From assembly GCF_006345805.1 (NCBI RefSeq), contig NC_042997.1, positions 96,906,001 to 96,970,000 of the forward strand: a DNA stretch of 64,000 nt. Direction: 5' to 3'. The translations under genes and the position numbers were made by a program. The notes beneath the pieces are model-generated. The model worked only from the letters and a program-made list of their open reading frames with translations. It searched no databases and was not told where the DNA came from. Below, in pieces: positions 1-10,694 of this stretch; within the stretch, counting starts at the first letter, position 1, and every line of letters starts with the position of its first letter. This stretch comes from Octopus sinensis. Its lineage: Eukaryota.

Positions 1-760
1 AGTTTGAAGGTTACAGTAAATCTACTGTGGGTCACTTCTCGATGTTTCTCGACCCAATATTTTATGGAAGTAATTCCCAAATCATGTGGAATTATCATAT
101 ATAAGTTTGTTACATCAACACTAACAGTGAATTGGATCCTGTTGCTTTGGGCAGATGTGACAGGAAATCAATGTCATCCCGAATGAAACTGGATATGTGA
201 CTACATAGATGTTTTAGGATAATGTCAATGAGGTTGCTCAGGTGATGTGTTGGACAGGCTGGACCAGCTATAATGGGTCTTAGTTTAAGGTATTTTGGTT
301 GTAGTAGTTTTATGTATTCACTATCATTTTGTGTTTCTTCTGATATGCATTTTAGTTGCTGGATTTCGAATCAAAATTGGTAATGTAGTCCCTTTCATTA
401 GGAGTGAGAGAGTTATAATGCTTTAAGACTAAATAACTGAGTTTCTTCATGATGTGGGAGTCAATATGTACGGGTATTTCACGGTAGAATGTTCCATCCT
501 TCAATTTACCTTCAGCTAAATCTCGGTAATATTCCGTATTCATTATAACATTGGCACCCCCTGTATCCGCTTGTTTGATGACAATTCTGTTGTCATTTTT
601 AAGACGTATAAGGGCAGACTTTTCTAATTTTGAAATGTTTGGTCTGACGTTGATGTTATGCCTTAGTGGAAATACGGAGAGGATATCAATGAACTGATCT
701 AGATGTGCATTTCGTCCTCTTGGCGGATTAAATTTTGATTTATTTTTCACCAAGGATTAG
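1..760 (-). mobile_element. Penelope-like retroelement, decayed RT N-terminal region
   Basis: ORF 352-753 has the PLE pre-RT motif RLKNDNRIVIKQADTGGANVIMN. Minus-strand 4-186 reads DIDFLSHLP...DVTNLY.IIPH (PLE RT motif) with frameshifts. Confidence 0.85.
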
Positions 761-952
761 TCATTTTCATATTTTATCAGTAAAAACTGCATAAGTCGTA
801 TTAATTTGTATTATATTTCTACCGAGAAGGAAAATCTTCTACTATAGCGTCACGTTCACTAACACATTATGGGATGAAAGTGACACCTCTGTACAGAAGA
901 CCGTCGTATATATGCAAGAATAAGAAAGAGTTCCTGTGCGTTTAAGTGTATG

Positions 953-1000
<48 letters not shown>

Positions 1001-1002
<2 letters not shown>

Positions 1003-1435
1003 ACATCACAATCAGAACGGCCATAATAGCCCTCATCACCCACGAGAATAACACCAGCCAAAAGCTTTAACCGCAAAATAACATCAATTCCGTAAACCAG
1101 GAGAAAATTAAAAACATTTACCTGTAATTCTTATACGATGCACCGTTTCGTCTCTACTGTTAATGGTAAACTAACCTGATTAAATTAAATCAAGCCAATC
1201 TACCATAGGCCCTTAGATTCATCAGTAAGAAATAGCCAAGTCGGAACAGATATTTTTCACGAGGCATTCCCGTCCCTGCCTCGGCAATATCTGACCTAAA
1301 ATTTTCAAATCATCGCACTCGCGCCAAATTTATCGGCAGCAAATAAATATAAGCCGCCGATTCCGGTTAAAGCTTTTGGCTGTTATTTCTAGTGGGTGAA
1401 TGGCCTATTATGGCCGTTCCTTGATTATGATGTTG
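1001..1435. repeat. Imperfect inverted repeat (arms 1001-1073 and 1364-1435) enclosing a hammerhead; probable Penelope inverted pLTR
   Basis: caacatcacaatcagaacggccataatag...agccaaaagctttaaccg is the diverged reverse complement of cggttaaagcttttggctg...tattatggccgttccttgattatgatgttg. Confidence 0.75.
1128..1231 (-). ncRNA. Type I hammerhead ribozyme with long stem II
   Basis: Minus strand TTCTTA-CTGATGA-[69 nt hairpin]-GAA-ACGGTGCATCGT-A-TAAGAA. Stem I is 6 bp, stem III is self-complementary, GUA cleavage triplet; A10.1/C11.1 mismatch. Confidence 0.75.
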
Positions 1436-1526
1436 AACTTAAAAATGGTATATGACTATTTAATTTTTTCCCACTAGGCCGCTGGTGGCAAAAAAATTCT
1501 ACAAATTTTTTGCCACCCTATATTGA

Positions 1527-1580
<54 letters not shown>

Positions 1581-2232
1581 CATATATATATATATATATG
1601 ACTGTGCGTGTGTGCTTGTGTGTAAGTCTGTTTGTGCGTGTTTGTGTGTGTGTGTGCGTGGGTACGTGCGTGATGTAAATATATCTGTGTTTATATACAA
1701 CTATTTAAAACGCTGCGTCCTTTTAAATCAAATGATGACATCTACAATCCTTAAGGAAAATTAGGACAAAATTAGTCTGAGACTAAGTAATTGTGGTTCG
1801 AACGATTAACTAAGTCCAATGAAGCCACACTAAACCATGGCAATATTGCAATAATAGAAACCAATTACTCCTTGAGATACGTGTAACACGCATGCTAAAT
1901 ATCATCAGAATGCATTTGTTAATCACGCCACAATAGGCTTCATTTTCATGGTTTTTATTTGTAAACTTATATTGCCTTGCTACCAATCAGATTTGGTAAT
2001 GAGATGAAAAAACTTACGCTTAACCTAAATGTATGTGTGTATGTGAATATAAGTATGTGCATGTATATGTACATATATATATATGCACATATATATATGC
2101 ATATTTATGCATATATATATACATATGTATATATTTATTTATATATACATACACACATACACATACAACACATATATATATATATGTGTGTATGTGTGCA
2201 TATGTGTATGTATGAATATATATATATATATA

Positions 2233-2658
2233 GGAGGCGCAGGAGTGGCTGTGTGGTAAGTAGCTTGCTTACCAACCACATGGTTCCGGGTTCAATCCCA
2301 CTGCGTGGCACCGTGGGCAATTCTCTTCTGTTTTAGCCGCGAGCCGACCAAAGCCTTATGAGTGGATTTGGTAGAAGCCCTCGTATATGTGTGTGTGTGT
2401 ATGTATGTGTGTGTGTGTATGCGTGTGTATTATGTATGTGTGTATATGTTTGTGTGTCGTGTTTGACCCCCCAACATCGCTTCACAACCGATGATGGTGT
2501 GTTTACGTCCCCGTAACTTAGCGGTTCGGCAAAAGAAGCCGATAGAATAAGTACTAGGCTTACAAAGAATAAGTCCTGGGGTCGATTTGCGCGACTAAAG
2601 GCGGTGCTTCACTATGGCCGCAGTCAAATGACTGAAACAAGTAAAGAATAAAAGAATA
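2233..2658 (+). mobile_element. tRNA-derived CORE-type SINE (family A, octopus OR2-like)
   Basis: A box TGGCTGTGTGG, B box GGTTCAATCC, CORE-like remnant, central (TG)n, tail ...gactgaaacaagtaaagaataaaagaat. Many copies in the window. Confidence 0.85.
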
Positions 2659-2668
2659 TATATATATA

Positions 2669-3398
2669 TACTAAGCAATTAAGGGTTTAGCAACGAATTG
2701 CCTTACCACACACCGAATTTAGAAATAGCAGTCAAAGAGATTATAGCTATTTCTTCTACTAAAAGGGAGATCACAGTAAAGGCACAGCATTTGAAAGGCA
2801 AACACAAACAGGTAAAAGAGAATGATTAACGGCAATCTATCATACAGTTTTAAGTCACCTACGGACGTACGTTTCGAGATCAAGTCTTAGGAAAGCATAA
2901 GAATTAGATAACTCTACTTTACCCAGACTTCTCTTTCATCAGCGCAGGATACAAACAATCATGAATGATTGAATATTGAATTTTGAGATACTAGAAGGCA
3001 CCAACTCAACTCAGTATCAGAGCGAGCTAGAAGCCACAGCTAGTATCACCAAATTCAAAGTATGAATGAAAGCTTGTGTCACCAGTCCCTTCCCACCCGC
3101 GTGTAGCCAAGACAAAGTGCTGTGGTCATTTACTGGGATGAATATGGTTTATGAGTAACAATGAAGGGTGAAATTATATTAATTTGGAACAATTATCAAT
3201 TACACCAAGTAGTCTTGCGCTGTAAAAGCCTCATTCGAGGAAAATTTAAGTAATACTAAGCAATTAAGGGTTTAGCAACGAATTGCCTTACCACACACCG
3301 AATTTAGAAATAGCAGTCAGTCAAGAGATTATAGCTATTTCTTCTACTAAAAGGGAGATCACAGTAAGGCACAGCATTTGAAAGGCAAACACAAACAG
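2669..3398 (-). repeat. Partial tandem (direct repeats 2669-2811 and 3254-3398, 585 bp period) containing a hammerhead; pLTR/retrozyme-like
   Basis: tactaagcaattaagggtttagcaacg...aacacaaacag occurs twice, nearly identical. Confidence 0.8.
2858..2948 (-). ncRNA. Type I hammerhead ribozyme with long stem II
   Basis: Minus strand CCTGCG-CTGATGA-AA-GAGA-AGTCT...AGACT-TGA-TCTC-GAA-ACGTACGT-C-CGTAGG. Intact core, 6 bp stem I, palindromic stem III, GUC triplet, 60 nt stem II. Confidence 0.85.
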
Positions 3399-3463
3399 AA
3401 AAACGGTAAGATAACAAAAGAAAGAAAGTGACCTCAATATTATGTAAATAGAGGAAATTTATC

Positions 3464-5113
3464 TATAAAATAATATGTTACAATTACTCAATAGTCAAGA
3501 TAAAACTCTGAGTTTCAGATGCCGAAGTGGAAATCCACAACACCATCTCTTCCGTTATCTGGCCATCTGAAAAAACGCTATGAAAAAATACCGTTATATA
3601 AAGGGAAATTACTGTGTTATAATTCTGCTACTTATATAAAATTAAAAGTAAACACGTAAACATAGCTAGTCGTACGCTCACATGTGCGCTCGCGGACACA
3701 CTTGCGTACTTATACGTCACTATGAAAACGTACACATCTTCACTCGCATTTTTCGCCAAATATATACGCATATATATACAAACTCATACACACACACGTG
3801 CGTACCGTAAAAGCTCATACATACGTCTATATACGCACAAGCACAAGAAAAGCCATGGTTAAAGGTAACCGAAAAAACATAAGGAAGTATACAAAGCATA
3901 AAAACCACGTTCATATACGGACATGCCCTTATGCACTCATACACACACACGCCCATATATGTAAATACCCGCACATGTTTATATACGCATACACACAGAC
4001 ACATACAAAAAATTAATATACATATGCCCCCCCCCCAAAAAAAAACCTAAAAAATAGAAAAATACTAAGTAAAAACGTCTATATATATATATGCATTTTT
4101 ATGCCTGCACACACGCACACATCTAAAACTGCCCACTCATACATATTCACACACGTCTATATAGGCACAGGAAAAAATGCAGGATAGAAGAATACAGAAA
4201 AAATTATTATGTGTGAAAAAATATAAAAATATATGAAATTTTTGTTACGTTTTTGGTCCCCTAAAGAAAACAGTTAGAAATTGCTTTCTATATTATGTCC
4301 CAAAAAGTTTTTTATCTTATTATACCTATCATTATTTCATATATTTTTATATTTTTTCACACATAATAATTTTTTCTGTATTCTTCTATCCTGCATTTTT
4401 TCCTGTGCCTATATAGACGCGTGTGAATATGTATGAGTGGGCAGTTTTAGATGTGTGCGTGTGTGCGGGCATAAGAATGCATATATATATATATAGACGT
4501 TTTTACTTAGTATTTTTCCATTTTTTTAAGGTTTTTTTTTTGGGGGGGGGGCATATGTATGTTCATTTTTTGTATATGTGTGTGTGTATGCGTATATAAA
4601 CATGTGCGGGTATGTACATATATGGGCGTGTGTGTGTGTATGAGTGCATAAGGGCATGTCCGTATATGAACGTGGTTTTTATGCTTTGTATACTTCCTTA
4701 TGTTTTTTCGGTTACCTTTAACCATGGTTTTTCTTGTGCTTGTGCGTATATAGACGTATGTATGAACTTTTACGGTACGCGCGTGTGTGTGTATGAGTTT
4801 GTATATATATATGCGTATATATTTGGCGAAAAATGCGAGTGAAGATATGTACGTTTTCATAGTGACGTATAAGTACCCACGTGTGTCCGCGAGCGCACAT
4901 GTGAGCGTATGACTAGCTATGTTTACGTGTTTACTTTTATTTTATATAAGTAGCAGAATTATAACACAGTAATTTCCTTTTTATATAACGGATTTTTTCA
5001 TAGCGTTTTTTCAGATGGCCAGATAACGGAAGAGATGGGTGTGTGGATTTCCACTTCGGCATCTGAAACTCAGAGTTTTATCTTGACTATTGAGTAATTG
5101 TAATATATTATTT

Positions 5114-5117
<4 letters not shown>
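3464..5117. repeat. Large foldback: ~775 bp inverted arms (3464-4239, 4334-5117) with ~94 bp spacer
   Basis: caattactcaatagtcaagataaaactctgag (3481) mirrors ctcagagttttatcttgactattgagtaattg (ending 5100); arms traced inward to 4239/4334 with scattered substitutions. Confidence 0.95.
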
Positions 5118-5146
<29 letters not shown>

Positions 5147-5210
5147 TGTGTGTGTGGTGTGTGGTGTGTGTGTGTGTGTGTGGTGTATATATATATATAT
5201 ATATATATAT

Positions 5211-5584
5211 CGTTGCTATTCTGCAAAAGTGTTCTGAAACGTGGCTTTTTCAGAAAACTAAAAAATAGTTTCACCATCCTATTTCTTTTAAGTTTCAGCT
5301 TAACAATAATACTGTGTTGGGTGCATAAAATCGTAACTCCATGCGTGTATGATATTTTGAGTGAGAAATACTTTTGCAAAACTGTCGTATCTAAGGCTTA
5401 CTGCACTTTTGAAAAATGCTAAACCGTTGAACTATACTTAGACAATTTTCATATCTTGGCATCTGGAGCAGCTGGAGATACGATAGTTCGACCAAAAGAA
5501 CCGGCTATCGCCAGCAAAATTAAATATTGAAAAAAACGCATTTGCATAGATTTTGACATACAACAGTTTAACATAATAGCAACG
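5211..5584. mobile_element. MITE with CGTTGCTATT terminal inverted repeats inserted in (TA)n
   Basis: TIRs cgttgctatt / aatagcaacg flanked by TA repeats; related copy at 52194-52440. Confidence 0.75.
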
Positions 5585-5650
<66 letters not shown>

Positions 5651-5719
5651 AGGAGGAGGAGACAAGGTGAGAGAGAGAATGAAGAGGTAATGAAAGCTGC
5701 TGGTTTATTTGATTTACAC

Positions 5720-6760
5720 CATCAAGTTATATATGTTATGATCTGTCAGCGGTAACTGTAGTCTTTTCATTGCCATTTCTCCACGTGTGTTTTGAATGAT
5801 GTAAGTTGTCAATGGTATGTGTATGTAGTTTTCTGATGATGCTTGCAATGTAGGTGTCCACTAAATTTATAATAACTGTTTCTGTTATAGATAAAAGGCC
5901 TCAAATTTGGGTAAGGGAGTTAGTCGATTGATTCTGCCGTAGTACTTAACTGATACTTATTTTTTTCCACTCTGAATGATGGAAGCAAAAGCTGAGTTCA
6001 AAATAAAAAACGCCAGAACAAATACCGTAAATTATTTTGTCCAATGCTCTTACGATTCTGGCAATCTTCCATAAACATTACGCTTCCTCAAATATTCGTT
6101 TTTCTTAGTACAGATATTTCATGTATGAAAAGATTACATTTCGATATTTCGGGATTAGTAGCATTTAATAGGGAGAACGTTGAAGATGGTGTGTAGTTGT
6201 TTAACATTGGCAGGTGATGTTGCATGCTCGCTTCTTTTAGAAAATAACCCCGTTGCTTTATGTAAATCTCGTTTGTTCTATTGTTAATAAATGGATTCTG
6301 TTCATAACTGAAGATGGCATCCTTGATCCACAAGTTACCAATGTTATAATCTTTTAACTTAATGATAGCTGTAGTCTTGAGATTGCTATTTCTCCACGTG
6401 TGTTTTGAATTATATACGTTGTTAGTGATGCGTGTATGCAGTTTTCGGATGATACTTGCAATGTAGGAGCCACTAAATTTACAACAGATTTTGAAACACT
6501 ATCTAGGTTCTCAAGTACGTGTCCATATTGTTAGTGGGGTAGTTAACCAGTACACACATAGTACAAGAATTCCCTAAAATAGGGACCTGTATGCACCATA
6601 TGTATGTACGTTCCCACTCTATAGATCGCTAGGTTGATTCCTGTCCTCTCTTTAACGTACATTGGCCTGGTAGTGTTTTGATGGTCTATAGTGATAACGG
6701 TCAATAGTAATAATAGTATTACTAGGTGCAGCATGTACTGCAGAGCTTTAGATAAAACAA
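5720..6760 (-). mobile_element. Decayed Penelope GIY-YIG endonuclease remnants (duplicated segment 5720-5880 / 6330-6480)
   Basis: Minus strand reads YIASIIRKLHT (YIGxTxRxLxxR-like) in both copies and KDAIFSYEQNPFINNR (GIY-YIG C-terminal KEAxxI...PxINxR-like). Confidence 0.55.
5885..6045 (-). mobile_element. Decayed SINE family B
   Basis: Diverged match to the family B body and tail (aggcctcaaatttggg...agtcgattgatt...gatacttattt). Confidence 0.5.
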
Positions 6761-7423
6761 AACCAAGCTCAAACTTTTTATCTCAAAATACTAATCATAC
6801 ATTCAAACGTTGGTTCATGGTCACATATATATATATGTGATACGTACAGTCGCTATGACTTATAGTCAGTGCATCATTCTTATGCAAGTGACAATACAGT
6901 GCAAATTTTCAATGAAATGAAACTTATGAAAATGGAAAATGGAATATGAGTGACTTGAAAAACTGGAATTCCTAGATATATCCAACAAATAATTTTTTTA
7001 AATTTAAAAACAAAGAAACAAATAAGCACACACATTCAATCCATGTATCACAACTATTAAAAGAGAACTAAGAATTTTTTTCATTTTCTTCACGAAATTA
7101 AATCTTATCATTGAAGCTACGACGAAACACTCAAACCAGGTTGCCGTCTTTCCAGAAGTTTATCAACTCACATAAATGGGGGAAACAAACAGGAGCCAGG
7201 TACAAGTTACTTCACTGCTGCCTTAACATATCAGTATACCGGAGTTCTCCCTACAAGTTATCTTCGTATGAAAATTGCCTGAGGTTGGCCTAAGCTAGTA
7301 TACGCAATAAATGCTCTATCCAAGTTGTCAGATTCTTTTCAATTTTTATATGTATATTACATTGTAAGTTGAATTACTCACGAACTCAAATCCAAGACGT
7401 ATCTTTATTGGCAAGGACACATA

Positions 7424-9016
7424 CAGTGGGGGGGAATAAATATTCGTACACGACAAAAATCTTTATTTATTTAATTTCTAATGAACATAAATGGGATATA
7501 CCAATACTACATATGCATACACATGCATAAACTAAGAATATGCAAAAGAAACTAATAAATTATATACAATTATAAATATTTAGGGGTGAAAAACGTATTC
7601 GTACAGAGCATAAATAACTGATAATTCTGATTTAATACTTCACAGCATAACCATTATTCAGTTCCACTTCAACCAATCTCTTCTTGTAGATCTTAATCAA
7701 TGACTTGCATGTTTCTTTAGGCATTTTTTCCCGTTCCTCTTGACAAATTTTCTTCAAATTTGCAATGCACGTTGGGGCTCTTGAATGGATTTTAATGTTC
7801 AAATAATGCCACACATTTTCAATGGGATTCAATTCAGATGACTGGCTTGGCCCTTCTAATAATTTTATATTGTGTCTACAATCCAAATTTTAGTAGACTT
7901 CGCCGTGTGCTTAGGATCGTTATCCTATTGTAAAACCCACCCTTCACAAAGCTGGAACTTTTCTACAGAGTCCTATAATTCATTGTTCAAAATATTTTGG
8001 TATATCTCTGCATTCATTCTACCATCTATCACATGTAAATTGCCAGTACCATTTGCAGAGAAACACCCCCCACCATGATGTTGCCACCTCCAAACTTTAC
8101 CGTATGAATTGTGTTTTTTGGCGAATAGGCGATACCATCTTTCCTCCGAACATGGCTACGCGAATTTCGTCCATGCAATTCAATTTTCGACTCGTCTGTC
8201 CATAGAACATTTTCCCAGAATATATCAGATTTATCTTTATGTTCATAAACAAATTTTAAACGGGCATCTCTATGCCTTTTAGTCAACAGCGGAGTTTTTC
8301 TAGGAGAGCGTGATTTCAGTTCATTCCTATGAAGTTCATTGCTGATGGTCGTAGTGTAACACTAGTCCCTGAAGCTAACAAATCTTCTTGCAACTTCTTT
8401 CTGGTGATCATTGCGTTTTTTTCCGATTCTTCGCTTCATTTTCTTAAAGATCTAGGGGAAATCTTGCGAGGTGCACCGGATCTTATTCTGTTTTCAACAG
8501 TTCCCGATTTTTTTATATCTTTGAATAAATGAAGATATGGTAGAAAATGGAATACAAAGGGTCTCTGATATTTTCCTGCAACTTTTACCTGCTTTCCACT
8601 GTTCAATGATTAAGTTTTTCACTGAATTTGTGAGTTCTTTACTTTTCGCCATTATTACGATACTACTTTTGTTGTCTCAGTGCTGAATGAAGAAGCTAGT
8701 GTTTTGACACTTAAAAATGACAACTGATAAGATTATTGGAACAAACGAGAAAGTTCTAGTAAAAAAATATTATTTTAACAGTATTTTGTGGCGTAGAAAA
8801 TCATAAATTTATTCTGTACGAATACTTTTTTCACCCCTAAATATTTATAATTGTATATAAATTCATTAGTTACTATAATTTATTAGTTTCTTTTGCATAT
8901 TCTTAGTTTATGCATGCGTATGCAAATATAGTATTGGTATATCCCATTTATGTTCATTAGAAATTAAATAAATAAAGACTTTTGACGTGTACGAATATCT
9001 ACCCCCCTCCCCACTG
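7424..9016 (-). mobile_element. Tc1-family DNA transposon with long (~200 bp) TIRs and TA target duplication
   Basis: TA|CAGTGGGG... and ...CCCCACTG|TA; arms 7424-7610 and 8810-9016 are reverse complements; encloses a Tc1 transposase. Confidence 0.95.
7632..8652 (-). pseudogene. Tc1 transposase (DDE), frameshifted
   Basis: MAKSKELTNSVKNLIIEQWKAGKS...RSGAPRKIS (paired HTH), VLWTDESKIEL, TVKFGGGNIMV, SQSSELNPIENVW, ending NGYAVKY*. Split over frames with a stop. Confidence 0.92.
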
Positions 9017-9398
9017 TATTTCCATATGTCGTGAACTAACCTTATATGTATTAAGCAGCTTATTGGCAAAGAGTAAGAGACTTCGTTCGGAAAATATGAT
9101 ACAGCTCTTAATTTACGTAAATAATATAGCAAACTCACGACCAAATTTAACTTATGAAACTCAGAATTACACTTCCTTGCTATAAACAGAGAAATTTAAA
9201 AGCTCAAACCGGAATTAATGAAGAAGACGAAGAAATTTGAAACAAAAAAGTTAAATGCTATTTTACCACAAAACCAAATTGCTTAGCATTACAATGACAA
9301 ATTGCTCAGCACCACAATTAAAAAGTCTTGAAAAATATTAACCTACTTCAGTGAAAATAATTATCTTTTTAAATAATAACAAAACCTCTCAAACTGGC

Positions 9399-9493
9399 TT
9401 ATCTTTATGTTCATAAACAAATTTTAAACGGGCATCTCTATGCCTTTTAGTCGACAGCGGAGTTTTTCTAGGAGAGCGTGATTTCAGTTCATT
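9399..9493 (-). repeat. 95 bp isolated copy of Tc1 internal segment 8231-8325
   Basis: Identical to 8231-8325 except one substitution (gtcgac vs gtcaac). Confidence 0.9.
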
Positions 9494-9984
9494 TATGGAC
9501 TATCAAATCACTCGATGTTAAACATCAAACAACACGTTCCATACTTCCAATATCATTTGAAAGTACCAGGGCCCTCACCATTAACCATAAATTGCAATTA
9601 AGAACAACTTTTAAGAGTAACTAGTAGTTCCGAGCTGAGTGACTTTGTGGAAGCATGTAGAAAATATCTCTTTAATTAATGACTATTGTGTTGATTTCCT
9701 TCATAGGAGCCACATGTGTTTTAAACTATAATGCGCTATGCGTATTTGTTATATCTGTGTTGTATCTGCGTGAGCATTTTTGTATTGTGTCTAGGCATTT
9801 TTTGTTGACATATTGTTTGTAAATGTTACTCAGTATTTTCGAGCTTAAAAACTTTGATGCTTTGTATACTGAACAATAAAACTAATTAATAGCCTATTTG
9901 CAATGGATTTTCTGATATGTAAATGGTGTTTCATAGCTAATTTTTATGTAGTTCGAACAGTATATTTGCTAAGCTATCTTTTAT

Positions 9985-10168
9985 ATTTTACTTGTTTTAA
10001 TCATTGAATTACAGCTATGCTGGAGCACCACATTTATATATTTCAGTATTTATATATTTCTGAAGTCTGGTATTCGTTCTATTGGTCGCTTTTGCTGATG
10101 CACTTAGTTACGGGGAGTGAATTCAACACGGATTATCGATCAGCGGAGGAAAACACACACATGCGCAC
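9985..10168 (-). mobile_element. 3' half of a decayed family A SINE (5' half at 16871-17000)
   Basis: ttttacttgttttaatcattga...gctatgctggagcaccac...cttagttacggggag is the reverse complement of the family A tail. Confidence 0.65.
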
Positions 10169-10250
<82 letters not shown>

Positions 10251-10255
10251 GTGGG

Positions 10256-10296
<41 letters not shown>
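10169..10296. repeat. (GATA)n microsatellite at the Tx1 3' junction
   Basis: About 30 GATA units seen directly. Confidence 0.95.
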
Positions 10297-10297
<1 letters not shown>

Positions 10298-10694
10298 TGT
10301 TTCTTTATTAGCCACACAGGGCTGCACACAGATAGAACAAATTACAAGGTAGAGCTTTTCTTTTGAAGGTTTAAAAAAAAAAAAAAAAAATTAAAATAAA
10401 AAATAAAATAAAATAAAAAAGGGGGGGTCGATCAAAAGGGATCGTAAAAGGAGAGAAAGAGGACAAAAAAGGGGGGGGTTAAAAAAAAGGGGGAGAGGAA
10501 AAAAAATTGATCAATAGGGATCGTTATCACAGAAATGTCAATATGAAGCGTAAAGGGGAGGACAGGTGAGGTTTGCCCGTGGAAAGAAAAGCCTACGGAA
10601 AAGACCACGGTAACCTCGGTCAATGAAGTCACATGTTATATTTCTTTTTTTTTTTTTTTGCAAATAAGCAACTCTCTGTATTAATTTTTACGGT

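Noticed and set aside
835-900. Hammerhead-like fold (TCTTC...GTGTCAC/GTGACGC...CTATAGTA-GAAGA) on the minus strand
   Set aside because: Both CUGANGA and GAAA are missing; at best a dead relic.
1880-1910. CTGATGA followed by a hairpin on the minus strand
   Set aside because: No GAAA or stem I partner.
7278-7310. cctgaggttggcctaagctag resembles a Penelope terminal hammerhead
   Set aside because: Core too degenerate to support.
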